From: Amoebophrya sp. A120
Lineage: Eukaryota > Protista > Dinoflagellata
NCBI GenBank assembly: GCA_905178155.1
Contig: CAJINV010000101.1
Coordinates: forward strand, 1 to 7,470
Direction: 5' to 3'
DNA length: 7,470 bases
Shown in pieces: positions 1-7,151 of the stretch (position 1 is the first letter of the stretch; every line of letters begins with the position of its first letter). The notes beneath the pieces were generated by a model that searched no databases, was not told where the DNA came from, and saw only the letters and a program-made list of their open reading frames with translations. A program made the position numbers and the translations under genes.

Positions 1-30
1 TTCCAGACCCAGACATATTTGCACTTGATA
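1..30. mobile_element. Right TIR of a family A introner (partial; same sequence as 7376-7405)
   Basis: TTCCAGACCCAGACATATTTGCACTTGATA followed by presumptive DR CACAA (31-35). Confidence 0.85.
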
Positions 31-383
31 CACAACGTCTCTCTGCAAGACTTGGTGAAACTTCTCTCCATCGCGTACTTCCCGTACGAGAGCGACAAGG
101 CACTCCACGCCGCGGTCCAGGATGAATTCACGCAATTTGACCACAGCAGCCCGGAAGTGACGGCCAACAGTACCACTACACAGAGCGGCACGGGTAATCG
201 ACTTCTAAATCAGCCCGAACAGATTTCCTCCCGGTCGCCATCTAAATTGTCGGAAGCGAGCGTGAAAAGCGACAAAACAACAAGCTCATCGACCACGAGC
301 GCGATTTCTGCCAAAACCTTGAATCTCCTCCGCACACCGACGAAGAAAGAGAGAACCCAGGCGCTGCTCCGGTTCCGCGAAGT
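31..383 (+). CDS. ovoA: ovoA exon 1 (first visible; N-terminal extension and Ser/Thr-rich linker)
   Basis: HNVSLQDLVKLLSIAYFPYESDK...KERTQALLRFREV, in frame with exon 2 after removal of 384-643. No ATG start; preceded by the right end of an introner. Confidence 0.75.
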
Positions 384-3300
384 TATCAACTGCAAATATG
401 TCTGGGTCTCGAAGAAGGCAAGATTTTTCATCCTCAGCTAGCATGATTCTCAAGTCTGTCATGCACGTTACCCAAGAGCCTCGCTTTTCTGTCATGCGGA
501 AACGCAGTTTGTCATGCAGAATAGACTACAGTCCGACCACATCAGAAACTTGTCATGCTGGAACGGCACTTGCGGCACCCTAATCATTCGCCAAACAGCA
601 TCACAAGTTTCCAGACCCAGACATATTTGCAGTTGATAGAAGTGTTGAAGCACCAATTCCTGCAGACCTTCAACATCTACGAACGGCTTTTCTCCACCAT
701 CGCGACCTATCATTTGTAAAAACGTCCCCACACCAGGGTTGTCATGCAGATTTGCAACGACAGGAACATTTGTGATGCGCATCTCCATGAAAGGTATTTT
801 TAGTCGTGTTTTGGAATTTGTAATGCTGTAACCAGGATAGGCCGATGGATTTGTGATGCGTTTGTCCTTGCTACCCTGCACTTCACTACGAACTCCAACT
901 TGTGATGCGTGAGAACCAAAACTTCTAGGTTTGTGTTGCAAAGTCCCCATCTTGACTCTGTCGTGGGGACGTTTTTCCTTTTGATACGACCCCCGGACTG
1001 TTCTACCGCGCGGAGCGGTTGCGACACCACTTGATTTTCTATCTCGGCCACACTGCGGTTTTTTACTGGAACAAACTGATCTCCGCTGGCTGGGTGTGTG
1101 CGAACCAGCGCTTGCACGAGAAATTTGAAGCGATTTTCGCAGTGGGGGTGGACGAAATGAGCTGGGACGACCTGTTGGAAGATAATTACGACTGGTGCGG
1201 GTTTTCGGTGGAGCAGCAAGAGAACTATCGGAAGGAAGTGGAACAGTACAGGGCTTCCGTGCGGGAAGAGGTGTGTCGCCTGATCGACGAGTACGTGCTG
1301 GAGGAAGATATCACTGTTGGTCGGACGAATCCACGGACTGCACCAGATGAAAACAACACCTCTTTCCTCGCCTTTCAACCGGACGAACGGACTGTGGAAA
1401 AAAAGAACAGCAACATGAAAAAACCACATCAGCTATCAATTGCAAATATGTCTGGGTCTGGAAACTCGTGATGCTAAAATGTGCATGATGGAACAACTTC
1501 CGAATGCAGACCAGCATGACAACTTTCCGAAGCACTTTCTGATATGCTGCCCGCATGAGAAACTGCGTTTTTGCATGACAAAAATGGGTGCGGCTTTTGT
1601 CGGTTATGCAATACAGATTTCCCGGGAATGTAAAGCTAGCATTACAAGTTCCAACTTTCCAGACCCAGACATATTTGCATTTGATATCAGCAAGTGCGCG
1701 ACAACGCGCCACTGTTAAAGGCGACTTGCGGGAAACTCGTGTCGGAGTACATTTTGAAGTATCAAAAGGAAAAATCCCCCCTCCCCATATCAAAACGAAA
1801 TTTCTGATGCTGGATTTGGATACACAAATCAAATTTGTGTTGCAGTAGAGGAATGCACGCAGATCCTGAGCCTAGGCGGGGGCCTTTTGGTGTAGGCGCC
1901 TAGCATAGTAGACGGCTACCTTGTAGGCCGCAGAGCATTACAAATCGCCTGCATAACGTGGCGGCCAGCCTGAGTGTGCCTGCTTGCAAGACAGACCCGA
2001 TTTGTGGTCACAAATCAGCAACACAAATTATCGGAAACATACCTTTTCGATATGGGGAGAGGGGATTTTTCCTTTCGATATAAAGTACTGCACAACTACG
2101 TCCGCTACCAGCAACTTAGGTGGTGGAACCAACAACGCCCCCCTTGCGAAGCAGTTGCAAAATACCATGATCTGGATTCTGCTGATGGGCGCCGAGCACG
2201 AAAAGATCCACCAAGAAACCAGCTGCCCCATCCTGTCCCAGATGCCCTTGCAATACTTGAACAAGACACACCGGTGGCTGTACCCGATGGCAGAAGTCAA
2301 GACAAGTTCGTCCTCTTACTACGAAAGATCCGGCAACCCGCTGGTGCCCGTGAAAATGACGAGCTTGCTGAACACGGAGGATGAAGAACCCGCGGTGCAG
2401 CTCAGGTTCGGGAAAAACCACCTCGAATCGGATTTCTACGGGTGGGACAACGAGTTTGACAGTGAGCAGGCGAGTTTGTTGCCGTTTCAGGTCAGCCAAA
2501 CGCTGGTGTCCAACGCGGAGTTTTTAGAATTTGTGTTGGACGACGGGTACAAAAAAAAGCACTTCTGGACGGAGGAAGGGTGGCGGTTCGTCCAGGACCT
2601 CAACGTGGACCGGCCGCGGTTCTTATGCAAGAAGAAAAGTGTGGAAGTGTGAGTCTGTAATGCATAAGTGCGTACCACAATTATCACTTGTCATGCTAGC
2701 CAGCCACGATGTCCTTTTTTCATGAGTGTTTTTGAGTACTAGCTGCGCATGACAGGATTTCTTTGTCATACAGAGCAAATTTGTCATGCAGTCATGGCAC
2801 AAGACACGTTCACTAAACACAGTTTTTTTCCTTTGGACACTTCTGGCTCGACGCGGATAACGAAGTCGAAATGCAAACCGGCCGACCGTATAAAATGTAA
2901 AAATGTCTGGGCCTGGAAGATTCCCAGGCCTGTCATGCAGATTTTCCATGATCCATGTCGTCTGGAATGCAGGACCTAGCATGACAGGTTCTGTGAGAGT
3001 TCTATCATGCCTATCCGGCATGAGAAACTGCCTCTCACTTAGATCAAAATTGGACAGCTTTTGGCATTCATGCAACACAGATTTTTGCACGATCCAGAAT
3101 TAGCATTACAAGTTGCAACCTTCCAGACCCAGACATATTTGCAGTTCATAGACCGGTGACCAGCAGCGTGACGAAAGCTGAGCTGGACCAGGTTTTACTA
3201 CAACTTGATGGTAAGAACAAAAACCACGAGCAGATGCAAAAGAAACAGGACAAGCACAAAAATTTCGTCTACCGGGCCATGCTCTCCATCATCCCCATGC

Positions 3301-6300
3301 CGTGGGACTGGCCGGCGGAGGTCAACTATGCACTGCAAATCTGTTTGGTGTTCTGGAACAATGCTTAAATTTGTCATGCCTTTCTAGCATGACAACTCTG
3401 AGGTTTCTTATGCCCTCTTGCCTGTCATGCAAAAACGCACTCTCGTCCCAACATGCGGAATTCGCAAAACATCAGAAATTTGTGATGCGTGGCTGCATTT
3501 TCAAGTACGCTCATCAATCGCAGACTTGCATCACAAGTTCGTCCCAGACCTAAACATTTTTGCATTTGATATGAACCAGCTCGAGGCAGCGGCGTTTTGC
3601 AAGTGGAAGGCGGAGAAATTGAGCCAGCCGGATTTGCGACTGCTGGGGCATCCAGAGCAACTGTACCTGGCGCTGCATTGCGAAAAGGGGTTTGGGAAGA
3701 ACGCAAATTTAGCAGGTTTTGCGTCGCCGACCAGCGTGAATGTGCACTATGGGTACAGCAATTGTAGTACACCGTCGGAGGTGGATTCATCATCGTCAAA
3801 TAACCCGAAAGAGAAAAAAACGAAAATCTACGACATTGAGGGGAATGTTTGGCGGCACTCGATCTCCGTACTCACCCTAATGGACGGGTTTCAGCCGCAC
3901 ATTGCCTACGACGATTTTACCCTCCCTACCATTGATGGGGAGCACAACTTTATCGCAAGAAAAACTGTCTCAGTCTCAAAACTTTGCAGACGCAGCAATA
4001 CAAATTTGCCAAGCAAGAAACAAAAAATCTGTGATGCGTTCAAACATCAAGGGATAACACGTAAGGAAGGACGTCTTTCTTGATGCATTTCCGGCATGAC
4101 AAAAAACTGTCTCAAGGAAGTTGCGCATTACAGCTTGAGAGTGAGTAGACTGTGACAGTTTTTTCTCGCGACAAGTTTTATCCTGGGCGGGTCCTGGACC
4201 AGTATTGGAAACTGCGCGAACCCGGGGTCCAGGTACGGGTTCCGCCGGCACTTTTACCAGTACGCAGGGATCCGATTCTGTAGCGACTTCGGCGGGAAAA
4301 ATCTGCCGGTACTTCTTGTTTTTCGTACGAACTTCTCGATGTAAGTTGTAGCCATTTTATACGGAGGACCTTTCGTCCAGTACAACGACCCACATGAGCT
4401 ATTCAAACTATTGTGTTCATAATTCACATTTTTGGGAACGACCGTTTAATTTGATGTTGATCACACGAGACAAAGCAGAAGAAACAACTTTTCACGGTCT
4501 TCTTCCACCTATCCCCTACGAAAAACCTCTCGTGGTCTTGCAATAAAAGGGCGAAATACTAGAAACGAGTCGGTACTAGAGTGGTGAAAGTATATGTGCT
4601 TGTCTCGCGCAAAAATACAGAGGCTTCATTTGTTCGACCTTCTCTCACCAAAAACAGATGATCCACACGTCTGCACCCAAGATCCACGCGGCGACCCCGC
4701 TGGGCGTGAAACTTTCGGAGCACTACTACGAACTGTACGAGAGTCCAAACGCACTGCTGGGGCTGGATCAAGCCTACCTCGAACAGTACTTGCAAAAAGA
4801 TCACAAGCCGGTGTCCAACTGGCCACGGCTCTTCGGCGAGATTGCTAGCTACGTCGTCGATGCGGTGCAGCAAGGGACGAAACAGGATGAAGGAGGACCA
4901 CAGCCAATAAACACGAATAACAACACGGGTTCCCCTATCCTGAGGAAAAACGTCCCCACCCCAGAGTTGTCATGCAGATTTGCAATGACAAGGAAATTTG
5001 TGATGCGCATACCCATGGTAGACATTTCCAATCGTATTTTGGAATTTGTGATGCTGATAACAGGATAAGCAAATGAATCTGTGATGCGGCTGCACTTGCT
5101 AACCTGCACTACACTGCGGAGTGCAACTTGTCATGCGTGACTCCCAAAACTCCTAGGTTTGTGTTGCAAAATCCCCATCCTGACTCTGGTGTGGGGACGT
5201 TTTTGCTCAGGATGTCCCCCCGCCTGAAAGTCCTGGTCGCAAACGGGTCCGTCGGTCGCTGCTCGTTGGATATCACACAGAAAAAAGCAGGCAGGTCAAA
5301 CTTGTAATGCGACAATAAATAGACAAAAAAAATCTGTGTTGCATGTCCTGAACGGCATGCTACGGGGTTGCGCATGACAGATTTTACTGCGTATTCATTT
5401 TTGCATCACAAACATGCCCTGCCTGGTTTTTTCTGTGGGATATTGGAGTTGTTGAAGAAGTGCAAGAAGCTCGACGTGACCCACACGGACCCTATCGAAT
5501 GCAAATATGTCTGGGTCTGGAAGGTCGCAAGACTTGTCATGCAGGTTTTCCATGACAAATGCGGTCTGTCACATATGAACTAGCATGACAGATTCTGCGC
5601 CACCTCTATCATGCATCGTCTGCATGAGAAACTGCCTCTCAACTTGGTCAAAAGTGGGCAGTTGTTGGTAATCACGCAACACAGATTTTTGCACTATCCA
5701 GAATTAGCATGACAAGTTCCAGCGTTCCAGACCCAGACATATTTGCAATGCATAGACCCAACGGCGAATCTGCTCGCCCCGTTACAAGAGCTGTTGGACT
5801 CGGGGAAAGTGCAGTGGCGACAGACGATCGAGGGCGAGATCTGCGACCAAAGGGAGTACTTGCTGATGTCGGACGATAAAAATTCTATCACAGACGACAA
5901 CCATGGCAGCAACAGCAACACCACAAAGTCTTTTTTAGAAAAAAACGACAACACCTGCAATTTGGTTCAGATCCAAGACTACAAAACGTCATTGAACAAG
6001 CTCCCGACGAACCAGACCTTCGACATTTTACTTGCCGATTTCCGCTACACGAACTGCGAAGAAGAGCTAGCTGTTATCGTAAGGAAAAATCCCCCCTCCC
6101 CATCTTGAAAAGAAAATTTGTGATGCTGATTTGTGACCACAAATCAGCTTTGTCTTGCGTACAAGGCAAACGGCACCCATGTGGCGCATTGGAAAGCGAG
6201 TCTGTCATCCGTTTTCGCCTATGGCAGACTTGTTTCCCATGCTCATCTGCTAGCCGGGTGAGTAGTCACATGGGCTCAGAATCTGCCGGCAACCTGTTGC

Positions 6301-7151
6301 TGCAATACAAAGCTCATTTGTGTACACAAATCCAGCAACACAAATTGTCTTTTGAATATGAGGTGGAGCTTTTTTCACTTTGATAGCCGCCCTCGCCTCC
6401 CGCTGCCACGGAGTTCTACTGCTCGCGACGCTGCATATCAAATGCAAATATGTCTGGGTCTGGAAACTTGTGATGCTAAAACGTGGATGATAGAAACAGT
6501 CCCGAATGCAACCCAGCATGACAACTTTCTAGAACGCTTTCTCATAGGAAATCCGCATGAGAAACTGCGTTTTTGTATGTACAAAAGAGGCCGCGACTTT
6601 TGCTGGTTACGCAATACAGATTTCCTAGGTATCGAAAGCAAGCATTACAAGTTCCAACCCTCCAGACCCAGACATATTTGCATTTGATACTGCACAAAGT
6701 CGAGCAGCTCCCCGGGTTCGAAAAGTCGGATTTGCTGGACAGCGTCCGCGCGGAGGCCCTCGGTTTTTTCACCTCCAATGGCGACCGGGAGCCGGAAAGG
6801 ACGAAATCTATCAAATGCAAAAATGTCTGGGTCTGGGAGATCGCGAGACTTGTCATGCTACTCTGGCATGACACTGGAATCTGTGTTGCGTAGCCGCATA
6901 GAGCTCCTCTTCCTTGTCATGCAAAAACGCAGTTTCTCATGCGGAGGACGCAATTCAGAACCACGAAAAAACTTGTCATGCTTGGCAGCGCATTACAGCG
7001 TGCTCGCTATTCCTTTCCTTGCATCACAAGTTTCAAGACCCAGACATATTTGCAATGCATAAAGTCCCATTGGAGACGAATGCGGGCGAAGGGGGTGGCG
7101 CACTTGGAGAAGCAAACGATCCACAAACACCAGTTTTTCCGCAGTTACCTT
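31..7151 (+). CDS. ovoA: OvoA-like 5-histidylcysteine sulfoxide synthase / methyltransferase (ovothiol synthase), multi-exon, 5' and 3' partial
   Basis: Manual join of 31-383, 644-707, 992-1433, 1692-1759, 2086-2623, 2845-2888, 3156-3326, 3577-3950, 4179-4308, 4658-4935, 5220-5270, 5448-5492, 5760-6074, 6391-6435, 6695-6808, 7067-7151 gives 3117 nt (1039 codons) with no stop. Motifs recognised from memory as OvoA-family, in the expected order: LRHHLIFYLGHT, FAVGVDEMSWDDL, MGAEHEKIHQETS (HX3HXE), YGWDNE, VSNAEFLEFV, MPWDWPAEVN, GNVW, YDDF, GGSWTSIGN, RRHFYQYAGIR, then a methyltransferase-like region. Exact junctions can slide within the 5-nt DRs. Confidence 0.92.
384..638. mobile_element. Family A TIR introner, 255 nt (non-canonical intron 1, orientation R)
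   Basis: Perfect 26-nt TIR TATCAACTGCAAATATGTCTGGGTCT; DR GAAGT at 379-383 and 639-643. Confidence 0.92.
644..707 (+). CDS. ovoA: ovoA exon 2
   Basis: LKHQFLQTFNIYERLFSTIAT, resembling the first helix of the OvoA DinB-like domain; in frame on both sides. Confidence 0.85.
708..986. mobile_element. Family B TIR introner, 279 nt (intron 2)
   Basis: TATCATTTGTAAAAACGTCCCCAC ... GTGGGGACGTTTTTCCTTTTGATA; DR CGACC at 703-707 and 987-991; colinear with and the same length as 4936-5214. Confidence 0.92.
992..1433 (+). CDS. ovoA: ovoA exon 3 (DinB-like domain)
   Basis: PGLFYRAERLRHHLIFYLGHTAVFYWNKL...FEAIFAVGVDEMSWDDL; overlaps ORF 1019..1471. Confidence 0.93.
1434..1686. mobile_element. Family A TIR introner, 253 nt (intron 3, orientation F)
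   Basis: TATCAATTGCAAATATGTCTGGGTCTGGAAA ... TTTCCAGACCCAGACATATTTGCATTTGATA; DR TCAGC at 1429-1433 and 1687-1691; close relative of 6436-6689. Confidence 0.92.
1692..1759 (+). CDS. ovoA: ovoA exon 4
   Basis: QVRDNAPLLKATCGKLVSEYILK; open and in frame between two elements; no recognised motif. Confidence 0.75.
1760..2080. mobile_element. Family C TIR introner, 321 nt (intron 4)
   Basis: TATCAAAAGGAAAAATCCCCCCTCCCCATATC ... GATATGGGGAGAGGGGATTTTTCCTTTCGATA; DR TGAAG (1755-1759) / TAAAG (2081-2085). Confidence 0.9.
2086..2623 (+). CDS. ovoA: ovoA exon 5 (HX3HXE iron motif, start of FGE-like domain)
   Basis: IWILLMGAEHEKIHQETS...FYGWDNEF...VSNAEFLEFVLDDGY...WTEEGW...RPRF; overlaps ORF 1984..2652. 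Confidence 0.93.
2624..2839. mobile_element. Degenerate TIR introner, 216 nt (intron 5, tentatively family D)
   Basis: TATGCAAGAAGAAAAGTGTG ... CACAGTTTTTTTCCTTTGGACA, a decayed IR; DR GTTCT (2619-2623) / CTTCT (2840-2844); internal TGTNATGC motifs. Confidence 0.75.
2845..2888 (+). CDS. ovoA: ovoA exon 6
   Basis: Completes PRF-W across the junction, then LDADNEVEMQTGRP; in frame. Confidence 0.8.
2889..3150. mobile_element. Family A TIR introner, 262 nt (intron 6, orientation F)
   Basis: TATAAAATGTAAAAATGTCTGGGCCTGGAAG ... CTTCCAGACCCAGACATATTTGCAGTTCATA; DR GACCG at 2884-2888 and 3151-3155; same length as and colinear with 5493-5754. Confidence 0.92.
3156..3326 (+). CDS. ovoA: ovoA exon 7
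   Basis: ...YRAMLSIIPMPWDWPAEVN; overlaps ORF 3156..3368. Confidence 0.9.
3327..3571. mobile_element. Family A TIR introner, 245 nt (intron 7, orientation R, decayed)
   Basis: TATGCACTGCAAATCTGTTTGG ... CCAGACCTAAACATTTTTGCATTTGATA; DR TCAAC (3322-3326) / TGAAC (3572-3576). Confidence 0.87.
3577..3950 (+). CDS. ovoA: ovoA exon 8 (FGE-like domain)
   Basis: QLEAAAFCKWK...YDIEGNVW...GFQPHIAYDDFTLPTIDGEHNF; overlaps ORF 3418..4083. Confidence 0.92.
3951..4173. mobile_element. Family D TIR introner, 223 nt (intron 8)
   Basis: TATCGCAAGAAAAACTGTCTCAGTCT ... AGACTGTGACAGTTTTTTCTCGCGACA; degenerate DR AACTT (3946-3950) / AGTTT (4174-4178); contains an in-frame stop (4081-4083). Confidence 0.85.
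4179..4308 (+). CDS. ovoA: ovoA exon 9 (end of FGE-like domain)
   Basis: ILGGSWTSIGNCANPGSRYGFRRHFYQYAGIRFCSDFGGKNLP; absent from the ORF track. The 3' boundary could instead be 4340. Confidence 0.88.
4309..4657 (+). other. Probable canonical GT-AG spliceosomal intron (intron 9)
   Basis: CCG|GTACTT ... AAAAACAG|ATG, phase 0, in frame; more AT-rich than the exons; no TIR, DR or TGTNATGC motif seen. An alternative in-frame pair is GTAAGT at 4341 with TACAG ending at 4620. Confidence 0.65.
4658..4935 (+). CDS. ovoA: ovoA exon 10 (start of methyltransferase-like region)
   Basis: MIHTSAPK...KLSEHYYE...NWPRLFGE...NTGSP, preceded by AAAAACAG; overlaps ORF 4658..5068. Confidence 0.78.
4936..5214. 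mobile_element. Family B TIR introner, 279 nt (intron 10)
   Basis: TATCCTGAGGAAAAACGTCCCCACCCCAGAGT ... ACTCTGGTGTGGGGACGTTTTTGCTCAGGATG; DR TCCCC at 4931-4935 and 5215-5219. Confidence 0.92.
5220..5270 (+). CDS. ovoA: ovoA exon 11 (degenerate SAM motif I)
   Basis: RLKVLVANGSVGRCSLE, comparable to the typical LDLGCAVGRxSFE. Confidence 0.82.
5271..5442. mobile_element. Family E TIR introner, 172 nt (intron 11)
   Basis: TATCACACAGAAAAAAGCAGGCAGG ... CCTGCCTGGTTTTTTCTGTGGGATA; DR TTGGA at 5266-5270 and 5443-5447. Confidence 0.9.
5448..5492 (+). CDS. ovoA: ovoA exon 12
   Basis: LLKKCKKLDVTHTDP; in frame on both sides. Confidence 0.8.
5493..5754. mobile_element. Family A TIR introner, 262 nt (intron 12, orientation F)
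   Basis: TATCGAATGCAAATATGTCTGGGTCTGGAA ... TTCCAGACCCAGACATATTTGCAATGCATA; DR GACCC at 5488-5492 and 5755-5759. Confidence 0.92.
5760..6074 (+). CDS. ovoA: ovoA exon 13
   Basis: TANLLAPLQELLDSGKVQWRQTIEGEI...FDILLADFRY...EELAV; overlaps ORF 5743..6108. Confidence 0.82.
6075..6385. mobile_element. Family C TIR introner, 311 nt (intron 13, inverted relative to intron 4)
   Basis: TATCGTAAGGAAAAATCCCCCCTCCCCATC ... ATATGAGGTGGAGCTTTTTTCACTTTGATA; DR GCTGT (6070-6074) / GCCGC (6386-6390). Confidence 0.85.
6391..6435 (+). CDS. ovoA: ovoA exon 14
   Basis: LASRCHGVLLLATLH, comparable to the methyltransferase LxPGGxLxL strand; in frame. Confidence 0.78.
6436..6689. mobile_element. Family A TIR introner, 254 nt (intron 14, orientation F)
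   Basis: Perfect TIR TATCAAATGCAAATATGTCTGGGTCTGGA; DR CTGCA at 6431-6435 and 6690-6694. Confidence 0.93.
6695..6808 (+). CDS. ovoA: ovoA exon 15
   Basis: KVEQLPGFEKSDLLDSVRAEALGFFTSNGDREPERTKS; in frame. Confidence 0.78.
6809..7061. mobile_element. Family A TIR introner, 253 nt (intron 15, orientation R)
   Basis: TATCAAATGCAAAAATGTCTGGGTCT ... AGACCCAGACATATTTGCAATGCATA; DR AAATC (6804-6808) / AAGTC (7062-7066). Confidence 0.92.
7067..7151 (+). CDS. ovoA: ovoA exon 16 (last visible, near C-terminus)
   Basis: HWRRMRAKGVAHLEKQTIHKHQFFRSYL, loosely similar to the OvoA C-terminal VPFVIRETxRKFQH segment; no stop codon reached. Confidence 0.72.

Noticed and set aside
384-638. TA target-site duplication (Tc1/mariner or Paramecium-type IES) interpretation
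   Set aside because: Retaining one TA does not restore the frame. The TA belongs to the TIR, and the true duplication is the 5-mer outside it.
800-1429. 209-aa minus-strand ORF (likewise 2116-2499 and 4559-4873)
   Set aside because: Antisense shadows of ovoA exons with no recognisable motif.
1019-4290. EgtB (ergothioneine sulfoxide synthase) assignment
   Set aside because: GVDEMSWDDL, MPWDWP, YDDF and RRHFYQYAG plus a C-terminal methyltransferase-like region fit OvoA better.
31-7151. Bacterial ovoA pseudogene disrupted by MITEs or IS elements
   Set aside because: All 14 junctions restore the frame, exons have no stops despite aged elements, and low-complexity insertions plus a GT-AG intron point to a functional eukaryotic gene.
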